From assembly GCA_902593795.1 (NCBI GenBank), contig CACJJR010000001.1:196647-260646 (forward strand): a DNA stretch of 64,000 bases, in the 5' to 3' direction. Origin of the DNA: an uncultured Candidatus Actinomarina sp. Its GTDB lineage: Bacteria > Actinomycetota > Acidimicrobiia > Actinomarinales > Actinomarinaceae. Shown here in pieces: positions 47,939 to 58,524 of this stretch. How positions within the stretch are numbered: position 1 is the stretch's first letter; every line of letters begins with the position of its first letter. The notes under the pieces are model-generated. The model saw only the letters and a list, made by a program, of their open reading frames with translations, was not told the origin of the DNA and did no database searches. A program made the translations under genes and the position numbers.

Positions 47939-48688
47939 ATGAATAATCAGAACTATTTGAAAGCAGAAAAGTTTTTTGAAGTACCTGTAATGATTTCGGT
48001 TCTTATGTTAATCCCAGTGTTAATAATTGAATATACACAGCAATCTCTCAGCACAGTTGCTTTGTATTTGAACTGGGGAATTTGGATAGTTTTCTTACTG
48101 GAGTACGTAATTTTATTCTATTTTGCAGAAGATAAAATGAGATTTGTTAAAAGCCATAAAATTGAATTAATTATTGTAATTTTTTCATTTCCAATTGTGC
48201 CTGAGGGCTTGGAGTCATCTGGTTTTCTAAGGTTTGCTCGATTGCCTAGATTATTAAATGCATTAAGATTTTTTAGACTTGCAGCTTTACTAAGCAGGTT
48301 CGGAACAACTGTTAAATCAATCTTTAATTCAAAAGGGTTAAGATTTATTGTGTATGCAACGATTGCTATTGTTTTATTCTTTGGATTTCTCTTTTATATT
48401 TCTGAACCAGATGTTCAATCATATAGTGACGGATTGTGGTGGGCACTCGTAACAATAACTACCGTTGGATATGGAGATATTACTCCACTTACAAATCTTG
48501 GACGAATAATTGCAAGCTCTTTGATGATTATGGGCATCGGGTTTATTGCAACAATTACAGCTGCTGTATCTTCTTATTTTATTTCTAGCTTTAACGACAA
48601 AGAACTTACAATTAATGAACTAGGTGATAAGTTAGATAAACTAGAAGAAGAAATAAAAAGCTTAAAAAAGGAAATCAATGAGAAATAA
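47939..48688 (+). CDS. voltage-gated potassium channel (6TM, Kv-like)
   Basis: Selectivity filter TTVGYGD; S4-like helix with Arg every third residue (RFARLPRLLNALRFFRL). Confidence 0.8.
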   Translation: MNNQNYLKAEKFFEVPVMISVLMLIPVLIIEYTQQSLSTVALYLNWGIWIVFLLEYVILFYFAEDKMRFVKSHKIELIIVIFSFPIVPEGLESSGFLRFARLPRLLNALRFFRLAALLSRFGTTVKSIFNSKGLRFIVYATIAIVLFFGFLFYISEPDVQSYSDGLWWALVTITTVGYGDITPLTNLGRIIASSLMIMGIGFIATITAAVSSYFISSFNDKELTINELGDKLDKLEEEIKSLKKEINEK

Positions 48689-50369
48689 CGAATTGCAACA
48701 GCTCTCAAGTGACTTTTTTCAAAACTCTCTAGACTCTTCTCCTACATCAGCAATCATGAGAGGTCACAAGCAATATTTTGATCAAATAGAAGAGATGACT
48801 GATGAAACTTTTAAAAAAGAAACAAAAAAAGTAAATGATTTTATTTCAAGGCTTGAAGGCATAAACCCAGAATCTTTATCAAATAGAGAAAAAGTTACTC
48901 ATGGGATGTTGGAGTTTGCTTTAAGTTCTAACAAAGATTCTTTGTTAGATAGGAGCTGGGAGTTTGGAGCTGGCGTCTCTGGCTTCACAGGATTTCTTAT
49001 TGATTATAACCAACAAATGTTTGTTCCAGATTCAGAATCTGCTGATATGTTGTTAAAAAGACTTGAACTTTATAAAAGACTTTATACACAGATCGCAGAA
49101 GTACAAAAAATCGGCTTAAACAATAACAGGGTAGCTACAGAACGAAATTTACTTAGAACAATTGATCAATTGGAAAATTATTTGGGTTCATCGCTGGAAG
49201 ATGATCCACTATTACTAATTAATTTTTCACCAGAAATTTCAGAATCTTTTATATCTGATTGGAAAGAAAAAGCTAAAAAAATTATAGATGTAAGCATAAG
49301 GCCTACAGTATTAGCTTATTTAGATCAATTAAAAACAGAACACATTCCTAAAGGACGTACAGATGAGCATTCTGGAATAATGTGGATTGAGGGCGGGGAA
49401 GAGACGTATTTAAGAGCATTAAGAAAATACACAGGTCACAAAGATATAACTGTACAAGAAGTTCATAATGTAGGACTTTCTGAAATAGATAGGCTAAAAA
49501 AAGAATTTTTTGAGATTGGAGAAAATGTATTTCCTGGAGTCAGCACTCCAGAAGAAGTCTTACAAAAAATGCAAACAGAGCCTTCAATGAGATATGAAAG
49601 CAAAGAGCAGATGTTACAGTTAGCTGTTGATACTATTGAACGAGCATATAAACCCTTAGAAGAGTGGTTTACAGTATTTCCAAAATCTCCTTGCAAGGTC
49701 TTGCCAGTGCCAGCTGAGTCTGAACAGCATGCTCCACCTGCATATTATTACCCACCTTTACCTGATGGTTCAAGGGATGGGACATATTTTCTTAACACTT
49801 ACAAAGCAGAAACAAAAAGTATTTTTGAAGCAGAATCTGTAGCTTTTCATGAGGCGATACCAGGTCATCACCTTGATAGAACTATTGCAGTTGAGCTACA
49901 AGATGTACCAGACTTTCAAAAGTATGTAGCTTCAACAGCATTTGTTGAGGGCTGGGGACTTTATTCAGAGCAATTAGCTAATGAAATGGGCCTTTATTCC
50001 AATGATGTTCAACAGCTAGGAAGACTTGGAAATGATGCATGGAGAGCTTGTCGTCTTGTTCTTGATACAGGAATGCATGGAATGGGCTGGTCAAGAGACA
50101 AAGCAATTAAGTTTTTCAAAGCAAATTCTCCAATTGAAGCTATAAATGCAGAAATTGAGACCGACAGATATATTGCCTGGCCTGGACAAGCATGTTCATA
50201 TAAAATGGGCCAATTGAAGATTGAAGAACTACGAAGAAAAGCTGAAAATGAACTAGGTGATAAGTTTGATATTAGGTATTTTCATGATGAAGTCTTATGC
50301 GATGGGGGAATAACGCTTCCAATTTTAGAAAATAAGATTGATACATTTATTGCAAAGCATAAAAGCTAA
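48678..50369 (+). CDS. DUF885-family putative metallopeptidase
   Basis: HEAIPGHH zinc-binding-like motif in a ~560-aa protein typical of DUF885. Confidence 0.65.
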   Translation: MRNNELQQLSSDFFQNSLDSSPTSAIMRGHKQYFDQIEEMTDETFKKETKKVNDFISRLEGINPESLSNREKVTHGMLEFALSSNKDSLLDRSWEFGAGVSGFTGFLIDYNQQMFVPDSESADMLLKRLELYKRLYTQIAEVQKIGLNNNRVATERNLLRTIDQLENYLGSSLEDDPLLLINFSPEISESFISDWKEKAKKIIDVSIRPTVLAYLDQLKTEHIPKGRTDEHSGIMWIEGGEETYLRALRKYTGHKDITVQEVHNVGLSEIDRLKKEFFEIGENVFPGVSTPEEVLQKMQTEPSMRYESKEQMLQLAVDTIERAYKPLEEWFTVFPKSPCKVLPVPAESEQHAPPAYYYPPLPDGSRDGTYFLNTYKAETKSIFEAESVAFHEAIPGHHLDRTIAVELQDVPDFQKYVASTAFVEGWGLYSEQLANEMGLYSNDVQQLGRLGNDAWRACRLVLDTGMHGMGWSRDKAIKFFKANSPIEAINAEIETDRYIAWPGQACSYKMGQLKIEELRRKAENELGDKFDIRYFHDEVLCDGGITLPILENKIDTFIAKHKS

Positions 50370-50454
50370 ACAAAAAGATAAGTAAGTTTTCTCAAGAACA
50401 GCAAAGCCCCTGATAAAGTCAAGGTTTGTAATTCTTTGAGAAGAATTCATTTAA

Positions 50455-50670
50455 TTATTCTTCTTCGATATAACTTTTATTAAACATCCAAAGTATTGTG
50501 TAAGCCAAAGCAAGTCCGAATATAAAGAAATTAAAATTTGGAAGTTCGTTAATTTCCAATTCAAAAATACCATCAACTATAGCTATCAAAACTCTGAGAA
50601 CGATTCCAGAACCAATTAGCCTACTAAAACTAAATTTTTTTAAAAATGAAATTATATTTCCGGTATCCAT
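50455..50670 (-). CDS. small membrane protein
   Basis: 71 aa, two hydrophobic helices, downstream of hspR. Confidence 0.25.
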   Translation of the reverse strand: MDTGNIISFLKKFSFSRLIGSGIVLRVLIAIVDGIFELEINELPNFNFFIFGLALAYTILWMFNKSYIEEE

Positions 50671-50680
50671 TGATTTTATT

Positions 50681-51070
50681 TTAGAAGGTTTTTCTTATTG
50701 TTTGATTATTTTTTTTAACGATTTCGTTCTTATAACTTTTATGAATTTCTTTTGCTTTATTTTTAGAATCAATTTTTTCACTTGAGATTTCATTTTCTAA
50801 AGAAATAATTTTTTCTTGTAGTTCTTCAATCTTATCTCTCATCTCATAAATTATTTTTATACCATCTAAGTTGATTCCTCTTTGAGACAGATTTTGAATT
50901 TGTATCAACTTATCTATATCTTCTTGAGAATAACGTCTTGTTCCCCCTCCAGTCCTGAACGGTTTTATTAACCCTTTTTCTTCATAAGTCCGAATTGTTT
51001 GTTGATGTATGCCCGAGAGTGTAGAGGCTACGGATATAAAGTATATTGCGTTTGACTCTTCACTACTCAT
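50681..51070 (-). CDS. hspR: MerR-family heat-shock repressor HspR
   Basis: MerR HTH (ISVASTLSGIHQQTIRTYE), terminal gene of dnaK-grpE-dnaJ operon. Confidence 0.75.
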   Translation of the reverse strand: MSSEESNAIYFISVASTLSGIHQQTIRTYEEKGLIKPFRTGGGTRRYSQEDIDKLIQIQNLSQRGINLDGIKIIYEMRDKIEELQEKIISLENEISSEKIDSKNKAKEIHKSYKNEIVKKNNQTIRKTF

Positions 51071-51932
51071 CTAAATACTTTCTTGGAGAATCACCAGATT
51101 CAAACTGTTCTTTAAATTTTTCCAGATGTTTTTTTGCAGACCTTGATAAGTTCACAGGGGGAGTAATAAATACCTTCACATATAAATCACCGGACCTTCT
51201 TCCTTGAGGAGCTATACCCTCACCTCGAATTTTAAATGTTTTTCCACTAGGTGTTCCAGATGGAATTTTTAATGTGACAGATTTTGTTAATGTGGGAATC
51301 TTAATGCTCGCACCTAGGGCAGCTTCAGTAAAGAGTAGGGGGATTTCTAAAATTAAGTCCATATTGCTTCTTTTAAAGAACTTATGAGGCTGAACGGAAA
51401 CTTGTACCAATAGATCTCCATCAGGTGCCCCAGCAGCTCCAGGACCTCCACGGCCCCTAAGCCTAATTACACTTCCATTATCTACACCTGCTGGAACTTT
51501 TATTTTTATCGATTCGTTTTCTATAGGTAGTACTACTTCAATACCAGAGGCAGCTTCAGCAAATGATATAGTGATATTAGTTTGGTATGTTTGACCTTTT
51601 CTTCTTCCGCCAAAACCAAAAATATCACCAAGGTTTTCAAAGATATCTCCAAAGTCATCAACAGTAAAACCCTGACTAGTGAAACCTCCAAAACCTGAAC
51701 TTCCCATTGCTCTGATTTGATCATATTCTTGACGCTTCCTATCATCGCCTAATACAGCGTGTGCTTCAGAAATTTCTTTAAACTTTTTTTCTGCTTCAAT
51801 GTTTTCTGGGTTTAAATCTGGATGATTTTCCCTTGCTAATTTTTTGTAAGCTTTTTTTATTTCATCTGAGGTTGCATTTTGGGGTACGCCAAGTGTGGCA
51901 TAGAAATTTTTATCTAGCCAATCTCTACTCAC
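51063..51932 (-). CDS. dnaJ: J-domain co-chaperone DnaJ, class B (no zinc-finger domain)
   Basis: J-domain HPD motif, G/F-rich linker, C-terminal beta domains; zero Cys residues. Confidence 0.8.
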   Translation of the reverse strand: MSRDWLDKNFYATLGVPQNATSDEIKKAYKKLARENHPDLNPENIEAEKKFKEISEAHAVLGDDRKRQEYDQIRAMGSSGFGGFTSQGFTVDDFGDIFENLGDIFGFGGRRKGQTYQTNITISFAEAASGIEVVLPIENESIKIKVPAGVDNGSVIRLRGRGGPGAAGAPDGDLLVQVSVQPHKFFKRSNMDLILEIPLLFTEAALGASIKIPTLTKSVTLKIPSGTPSGKTFKIRGEGIAPQGRRSGDLYVKVFITPPVNLSRSAKKHLEKFKEQFESGDSPRKYLDE

Positions 51933-52413
51933 TTTTAACCTTAACCATGGCAGGTCGAATTAGGTTCCCTTGAAATTGATACCCTTTACGTAAAACTACA
52001 TCAATTTTTTGTATATTACCTTCACCAGTATGTTCAACAGCCTCATGTAAAGCAGGGTCAAAATCCTCTCCAGCATCTCCAATTTCTGTGACTTGAAGAC
52101 TTTCTAAAACTGACGACAATAGGCTGCTAAATGTTTCTACTTCTTTGGCAATTTTATCTTGAGACATAGCCATTTCAAAATTGTCTATAAGAGGAAATAA
52201 AGTATTTACAAAATACGCAATAGAGGCTGAGCCAATATTTTCCTTCTCTTTTTCAGATCTTTTTTTATAATTATCAAAGTCAGCAGCAAGTCTTAAGTAG
52301 TCGTCTTTTATTTTTTCGTACTGAGAAAGAGGGACGCTTGATTCATCAGCTTCTATATTTTCATTTTCAGAAGAATCATCAGGTTCTTCAGTATGTTCCT
52401 CTTCGTTACTCAT
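51925..52413 (-). CDS. grpE: nucleotide exchange factor GrpE
   Basis: Acidic N-terminus, coiled-coil then GrpE C-terminal beta domain; overlaps dnaK and dnaJ. Confidence 0.8.
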   Translation of the reverse strand: MSNEEEHTEEPDDSSENENIEADESSVPLSQYEKIKDDYLRLAADFDNYKKRSEKEKENIGSASIAYFVNTLFPLIDNFEMAMSQDKIAKEVETFSSLLSSVLESLQVTEIGDAGEDFDPALHEAVEHTGEGNIQKIDVVLRKGYQFQGNLIRPAMVKVKSE

Positions 52414-54214
52414 CTTCTATGACTTCACCTTCTACCACGTCATCGGATTCACTTGAAGACGGATCAGGAGTATCATTTTGTGTCTCTGAATATAACTTTT
52501 CAGCAAATGATTGACTAGCTTTAGAAAGCTCTTCAATAGCAACCTTGAGATCATTAACTTCGTTATCTTCATTTTCTAAGAGTTTCTTTAGATTTTCATT
52601 TGCATCAGTAATTGATTTAATCTCATCATCAGTTGCTTTATCTTTGTTGTCTTCCAACATTTTTTCTGTTGAAGTAACCATTCCTTCAGCCATATTTCTT
52701 GTCTCGACAAGATCTTTCTTTTTTGCATCTTCATTTGCATGTTGTTCTGCATCTTTTATCATTCGGTCTATCTCATCGTCTTCTAAAGCAGTTCCACCAG
52801 TAATTGTTATTGCTTGCTCCTTACCAGTGCCAAGGTCTTTAGCATTTACATTGACAATTCCATTTGCATCAATATCAAAAGTTACCTCTATTTGAGGTGT
52901 ACCAGCCATTGCTGCAGGAATATCGGTTAATGTGAATCTACCCAAAGATTTGTTACCAGAGGCCATATCTCTTTCACCTTGCAAGATGTGTATTTCAACC
53001 TGAGTTTGATTGTTTTCAGCAGTACTAAATACTTCTGACCTCTTAGTTGGAATAGTAGTATTTCTTTCGATCATCTTTGTCATGATTCCACCTTTTGTTT
53101 CAACACCAAGTGTAAGTGGAGTGACATCAAGTAAAAGAACATCCTTTACATCACCTTTAAGAACGCCAGCTTGTATGGCAGCACCAGAAGCAACCACTTC
53201 GTCTGGGTTGACACCTTTATGAGGATCTTTACCAGTTAAAGCTTTAACAAGCTCTTGCACTGATGGCATTCTTGTAGAACCACCAACTAATATTATGTGA
53301 TTTATATCTGAAAATTTCATTCCAGCATCAGACAAAGCATTTTCAACAGGTGCTTTTGTACGCTCTACTAAATCAGCTGTAATTTTTTCAAATTCAGACC
53401 TACTTAACTTTTCTAATAAATGTTGGGGACCAGCATCGTTAGCAGTAATGAAAGGTAAATTAATTTCTGTTTCACTAGTCGAAGAAAGTTCAATTTTTGC
53501 TTTCTCTGCACCTTCCTGAATTCTCTGGATAGCCATTTTGTCTTTTGATAAATCAATACCTGTTGATGATTTAAATTTATCAATTAACCAGTCCATAACT
53601 CTCTGATCCCAGTCATCACCACCTAGTTTTGAATCACCAGAGGTTGACTTTACCTCAAAGACTCCTTCAGAAATTTCCAGAATAGAAACATCGAATGTAC
53701 CACCACCCAGATCAAATACTAAAATTTTTTGATCTTGATTATTTTCTAAACCATACGCAAGTGATGCAGCTGTAGGTTCGTTAATGATTCTTAATACGTT
53801 TAATCCAGCTATCTGACCTGCTTCTTTAGTCGCTTGTCTTTCTGCGTCATTAAAATATGCAGGCACAGTAATAACAGCTTCAGTAACGTCATCTCCTAAG
53901 TATGCTTCAGCATCCCTTTTTAATTTTTGAAGTATTCTTGCTGATATTTCTTGTGGAGTATAATCTTTCCCTTCAAAGCTTTCTTTCCAATCAGTTCCGA
54001 TGTGTCTTTTAATTGATCTTATGGTGTTATCAGGATTTGTTATTGCTTGTCTTTTTGCAAGCTCTCCAACCAGTACTTCTTCAGACTTGAAAGCAACTAT
54101 GGATGGAGTCGTCCTATTTCCCTCTGCATTCGCAATTACAGTTGGTTCGCCGCCTTCTAATACTGCAACAACACTATTTGTTGTTCCTAAATCAATTCCT
54201 ACAGCTTTTCCCAT
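52406..54214 (-). CDS. dnaK: molecular chaperone DnaK (Hsp70)
   Basis: [29 protein letters not shown] Hsp70 signatures. Confidence 0.95.
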   Translation of the reverse strand: MGKAVGIDLGTTNSVVAVLEGGEPTVIANAEGNRTTPSIVAFKSEEVLVGELAKRQAITNPDNTIRSIKRHIGTDWKESFEGKDYTPQEISARILQKLKRDAEAYLGDDVTEAVITVPAYFNDAERQATKEAGQIAGLNVLRIINEPTAASLAYGLENNQDQKILVFDLGGGTFDVSILEISEGVFEVKSTSGDSKLGGDDWDQRVMDWLIDKFKSSTGIDLSKDKMAIQRIQEGAEKAKIELSSTSETEINLPFITANDAGPQHLLEKLSRSEFEKITADLVERTKAPVENALSDAGMKFSDINHIILVGGSTRMPSVQELVKALTGKDPHKGVNPDEVVASGAAIQAGVLKGDVKDVLLLDVTPLTLGVETKGGIMTKMIERNTTIPTKRSEVFSTAENNQTQVEIHILQGERDMASGNKSLGRFTLTDIPAAMAGTPQIEVTFDIDANGIVNVNAKDLGTGKEQAITITGGTALEDDEIDRMIKDAEQHANEDAKKKDLVETRNMAEGMVTSTEKMLEDNKDKATDDEIKSITDANENLKKLLENEDNEVNDLKVAIEELSKASQSFAEKLYSETQNDTPDPSSSESDDVVEGEVIEDE

Positions 54215-54244
54215 TTTGGATTATCCTTTCTTAAAAATTTCTAA

Positions 54245-54448
54245 TTATGAGATAGGTTCTTGTTCTCTTGGTAAATGGCCTCTTACCCTTGGGTAGGAGA
54301 CAGGTGCATGAAGAAAACAAAATTTCTTTTTGTTGTACACACTTATTACTGTTTCACAAGCATCAAATGCGCATATACGACCTGTAGTGTATTTTTTTGA
54401 CCTTCTAACACCAGGCTTAACTTGAGATGCAGTTAATGTTCCGCTCAT
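54245..54448 (-). CDS. small CCCH zinc-ribbon-like protein (paralog of 30832..31026), unknown family
   Basis: 67 aa; ~55% identical to the copZ-upstream paralog; 30-nt gap to dnaK start on same strand. Confidence 0.5.
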   Translation of the reverse strand: MSGTLTASQVKPGVRRSKKYTTGRICAFDACETVISVYNKKKFCFLHAPVSYPRVRGHLPREQEPIS

Positions 54449-54613
54449 TTTTTACCTTTCTAATCTATACATTATTATATATAAAATCTATGTAAATTTA
54501 CTTAGATTTGTATTAAATATAACATAATACAGATATTAGGCAAAAAAAAATAAAAAAAATTTTAAAAAATGGCTTTATTTAACCTCCTATCATTTAACTG
54601 ATATTATTGAAGA

Positions 54614-55408
54614 ATGGAAAAATTAGATATTCACATAGTTGGTTTGGGTAATTTAGGATCTGCATTCTTAAAAGGTTTAAATAATGTAGAAGATATCAAC
54701 TTGTTTTTATACGATGATTTAGAATCTGTTAGAAATTCTGTTAACAATGAATTTTCTATTATTCCTAAAGACTCAATAATTTCTATTCAAAATGGAGTTG
54801 TTATTCTTTGTATTAAACCTCAAAATATAAATAATTTTTTTGCAAATAACAAAAATAAAATAAGTCCAGATGTTTTAATTTGTTCCCCTGTTGCTGGGCT
54901 AGAAATCAAAACAATTGAGAGCTTTATGGGAAATAAAGTTCTCCGAATAATGCCTAACTTGCTTATCGGCAACAACAAAGGCTTCATTCCGTATGTTTCA
55001 AATTATGATGGAGATTATTTCACTTTTAATGAGAATGTCTTGGAGAAACTTGGTGTTACAAAAGAATTTGACGAGGACATGTTTCCACTTATCACAGCTT
55101 TATCGGGAAGTGGTCCTGCCTGGTACTATGAGTTATCAAGTCAGTTGGTTAACTCTGGCCAAGAATTAGGACTTAGCTTAGATGATTCCGAAATGATAAT
55201 TAAAGAACTCATAAAAGCTCTTCCAGCATTGGTTGCAGAAGACATTTCATTTAAAGATTTAGTCAATAAAGTAAAGTCACCTAATGGGACAACTGAGGCA
55301 GGCCTCAATTCGCTTAATAATGATTCATTTGATAGAATAATTCACGATGCTATTCAAAAAGCAACTCATAAATCTACTGAAATATCAAGAGAACTAAGTA
55401 GTGAATAA
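54614..55408 (+). CDS. pyrroline-5-carboxylate reductase-like NAD(P)-dependent oxidoreductase
   Basis: N-terminal Rossmann GxGxxG (VGLGNLGSAF) and ProC-like C-terminal dimerisation region. Confidence 0.55.
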   Translation: MEKLDIHIVGLGNLGSAFLKGLNNVEDINLFLYDDLESVRNSVNNEFSIIPKDSIISIQNGVVILCIKPQNINNFFANNKNKISPDVLICSPVAGLEIKTIESFMGNKVLRIMPNLLIGNNKGFIPYVSNYDGDYFTFNENVLEKLGVTKEFDEDMFPLITALSGSGPAWYYELSSQLVNSGQELGLSLDDSEMIIKELIKALPALVAEDISFKDLVNKVKSPNGTTEAGLNSLNNDSFDRIIHDAIQKATHKSTEISRELSSE

Positions 55409-57560
55409 GTTTTTAAACAAATATAAAGCAAATGATTACGTGCTTTTGTTTTCTGCAGGAGCAGCAGTAGGAACTCTTTTTTTGTGGGCGGCAAGCTATG
55501 TATTTCCAGAGGGTGAAATTGTAGGTGGAAGAAGAGTATTTGAAAATATTCCTAAAGTGCTTCAATACATATTTTATGTTCTAAGTGCTACAACAATTTA
55601 TATATCAGGTTATTTATTTTCTCTTAGAGTAAAAAACTGGACAAGAGGCAAAGAGGAGAAGCGAAATGTAAAGTTGTCACAGAGAATTTTCAATCTTTTT
55701 GATGGTTTAACTATGAGAACTGTACTTAGATTTAGAGCTGCCGGGTTAATGCACTCGCTTATTTATATTGGGTTCTTAGGTTTGTTTGCTGGGACTATTA
55801 CATTAGAGATTCATCACCTAATGCCACCTTCATTGAAGTTTCTACAGGGCACAACTTATATCGTATATTCATTTACCTTAGAGTTAGCTACTATTGCATA
55901 TTTAATAGGTCTTTTTTGGGCTTTAGCAAGACGTTTAATTGGTACTGAGTACAGAATTAAAACAAAAACAACAATAGATGATTATTTAACTCTTTCCTTA
56001 TTAATTTTTATTGGTATTTCAGGTATTACTACTGAAGCTGGAAGAATAGCCTTAGAAAACTTTCCAGATTATGAAAGATGGTCATTTATTGGATACGCTG
56101 TAGGTGAAATTTTAAATCTTTCAAACCCTGGTCTCTTTCATAGAATTTCATGGGTTCTGCACGTTGTATCATTTTTTGTTTTCCTAATTGCTATTCCATT
56201 ATCAAAGTTGAGACATATTTTTACATCACCAATAAATATGTTTATGTCTCCAAAAGATAGACCAAAAGGCGCAATGAAATTTATTGGAAATTTACTAGAG
56301 GCAGAAGATATAGATTCTGTTGGTGCTGGAATTGTTGACCACTTTACCTGGAAGCAATTAATGGATTTAGATGCCTGTACGGTTTGCGGTCGCTGTACTT
56401 CAGTATGTCCTGCTAATCAAACTGGTAAATCTTTAGATCCTAGAGAGATTATTTTAAAAGTTGGTCAAGTAATGTCTGAATCAGGAAAACCTGCTGTACC
56501 AGCTACTGTTTCAACACCGGGCCCCTTACGCGTTAATTCTGACAATGTATTTGAAAGAATAACTTCTGAAGAGCTATGGGCTTGCACCTCTTGCAAGGCA
56601 TGTGATGAGATTTGTCCTGTAAATATAGAAATTTTGGACAAGATATTGGATATGAGAAGGCATTTAGCTTTAATGGAATCGGACTTTCCTGCTGAGCTTG
56701 GTAAAGCATATGTTGCGATGGAGAACTCATCAAACCCTTGGGGAGCATCTCAAAACGATAGATTGAAATGGACTGAAGATCTGGACTTTGAAGTTCCCGT
56801 TATTGATGAAAAAAACCATGAAGAATATGATTATCTATATTGGATAGGATGCGCGGGGGCTTTTGACGATAGAAATGTTCCTGTAACAAAAGCAGTAGCC
56901 ACTCTTTTAAAGCGAGCCGGGGTTTCTTTTGCTGTACTTGGTCCTAAAGAAGTATGTACAGGAGATTCAGCAAGAAGAACCGGAAATGAATTTGTATTTC
57001 AACAATTAGCAATTCAAAATATCGAAAATATGAATAATCTAAAAGTAGATAAAATTATCACTCAATGCCCACACTGTTTTAATACAATAAAAAATGAGTA
57101 CCCACAATTAGGTGGTAATTATGAAGTAATTCATCATAGCCAATTATTAACTGAATTAGTACAGTCTGGAAGAATTGAAGTTGGAACAAGCGATAAGCCT
57201 TATAAGATAACTTATCATGATTCCTGCTACCTAGGCAGACATAATGATATTTATACTGCTCCACGAGAAATAGTAGGCTCTATTGGTGGAATTGAAATTC
57301 GTGAAATGAAGAGACAGGGAACACAAAGCTTCTGCTGTGGTGCCGGAGGTGGAAGAATGTGGATGGAAGAATCTGTAGGGAAAAAAGTCAATATTGAGAG
57401 ATCTCAGGAAGCTATTGAAACAGGTGCGGATGAAGTTGCAGTTGCTTGTCCTTTTTGTTACATAATGATGGATGATGGTGTTAAGGAATTGGGTTATGGC
57501 GACAATGTCAGAGTAAGAGACGTATCTTTAATTCTCTTAGATAATCTTAAGAAAGATTAA
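55401..57560 (+). CDS. membrane-anchored Fe-S oxidoreductase (HdrD/GlpC-like: 2x[4Fe-4S] + CCG domains)
   Basis: N-terminal ~6 TM, two ferredoxin motifs (CTVCGRCTSVCP; CTSCKACDEICP), two Cys-rich CCG domains (CCGAGGG). Confidence 0.75.
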   Translation: MNKFLNKYKANDYVLLFSAGAAVGTLFLWAASYVFPEGEIVGGRRVFENIPKVLQYIFYVLSATTIYISGYLFSLRVKNWTRGKEEKRNVKLSQRIFNLFDGLTMRTVLRFRAAGLMHSLIYIGFLGLFAGTITLEIHHLMPPSLKFLQGTTYIVYSFTLELATIAYLIGLFWALARRLIGTEYRIKTKTTIDDYLTLSLLIFIGISGITTEAGRIALENFPDYERWSFIGYAVGEILNLSNPGLFHRISWVLHVVSFFVFLIAIPLSKLRHIFTSPINMFMSPKDRPKGAMKFIGNLLEAEDIDSVGAGIVDHFTWKQLMDLDACTVCGRCTSVCPANQTGKSLDPREIILKVGQVMSESGKPAVPATVSTPGPLRVNSDNVFERITSEELWACTSCKACDEICPVNIEILDKILDMRRHLALMESDFPAELGKAYVAMENSSNPWGASQNDRLKWTEDLDFEVPVIDEKNHEEYDYLYWIGCAGAFDDRNVPVTKAVATLLKRAGVSFAVLGPKEVCTGDSARRTGNEFVFQQLAIQNIENMNNLKVDKIITQCPHCFNTIKNEYPQLGGNYEVIHHSQLLTELVQSGRIEVGTSDKPYKITYHDSCYLGRHNDIYTAPREIVGSIGGIEIREMKRQGTQSFCCGAGGGRMWMEESVGKKVNIERSQEAIETGADEVAVACPFCYIMMDDGVKELGYGDNVRVRDVSLILLDNLKKD

Positions 57561-57874
57561 AAATTTCGACCCATAAAAAATTTTTGAATATTTCCATCTG
57601 AATTTCTAATACTGTAAATTATGTATAAGGCAATAGTAAAACTTCCCATTATCATAACAAAAAAAGTCCAAAGAGCTGCTGGTATTACATTTTCTTTATA
57701 AAATATCCAAATACTAAACAATATAAATCCTGAATAAAGATCAACTAAGGAAACAATACCCCATGGCATTCCTGCAATAGGCGAGTCAAAAATTGACACT
57801 TCACCCTGAGCCCAAATAATTACTCCTGCCATAGAAACAGTTATAAAGTATGAAATAAGTTTTGTTATAGTCAT
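57557..57874 (-). CDS. small polytopic membrane protein
   Basis: Start set to internal Met (MTITK) to avoid overlap with divergent gene; 105 aa, 3-4 TM. Confidence 0.35.
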   Translation of the reverse strand: MTITKLISYFITVSMAGVIIWAQGEVSIFDSPIAGMPWGIVSLVDLYSGFILFSIWIFYKENVIPAALWTFFVMIMGSFTIALYIIYSIRNSDGNIQKFFMGRNF

Positions 57875-57906
57875 AAGATAGATTTTAAATAAGGAAAAAA
57901 TAAATA

Positions 57907-58524
57907 ATGAGTGAAAGACAAATATTCTCCAAAATCTTACGTCTTGATAAATATATATACAATGAGCTGATTGTCCTTGACGGAGCTTTACAAAGAGGAA
58001 TAGCAATTTTCTTGGCCGTTACAACTTTAACTACCTTGAGTGCTTTTAGACTTTTTAATAGCTTAATTGAATTCCTTGAGAGCAATCTTGTTTTGTTTAG
58101 TGGTGAAATGTCTGACGAAGAGTTTGCAATGTTTAAAGCCTTGATTGATGAACTTTCTATAATTTTTATTCAACAAGACTCTACCACTACACTACTCTTC
58201 TCATCAATAGCTTCAACAACAGTTACTTCTCTGATAGGTCTTGTTATTTGCTTTTTAATTCTTAAATTTTTGTTTAGAAAAGAACCCAGGCCAATTGATT
58301 TAATTATTATTTCGTTCTTTTCAAGCGCTCCTGGTTTACTTGTATTTCCAGTTCTTTTTATTTCAGATACCTTTATTCAAGCAATATTAGTACTAGTGAC
58401 TTCTTTATACGCTCTTGTTGCTTTTGGATCTGGACTTAAGCAGGTTTATTTATTAAGAAACATTGAAGTAATTTTGGTAATAATAGCTCTTACTTTTGGC
58501 GGTTCAATACTGGGAGGATTTTGA
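57907..58524 (+). CDS. polytopic membrane protein (Yip1-like topology)
   Basis: 205 aa, cytoplasmic N-term then ~5 TM. Confidence 0.35.
   Translation: MSERQIFSKILRLDKYIYNELIVLDGALQRGIAIFLAVTTLTTLSAFRLFNSLIEFLESNLVLFSGEMSDEEFAMFKALIDELSIIFIQQDSTTTLLFSSIASTTVTSLIGLVICFLILKFLFRKEPRPIDLIIISFFSSAPGLLVFPVLFISDTFIQAILVLVTSLYALVAFGSGLKQVYLLRNIEVILVIIALTFGGSILGGF

Noticed and set aside
50370-50454. CTCAAGAA...TTCTTTGAG imperfect inverted repeat considered as an HspR HAIR element
   Set aside because: It lies at the 3' end of the operon between convergent genes and does not match CTTGAGT-N7-ACTCAAG. It is more likely a bidirectional terminator-like structure.
57875-58006. Long N-terminal extension of the minus-strand membrane ORF (57557..58006)
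   Set aside because: It overlaps the divergent plus-strand gene by 100 nt. The internal Met (MTITK) gives a compact membrane protein with no overlap.
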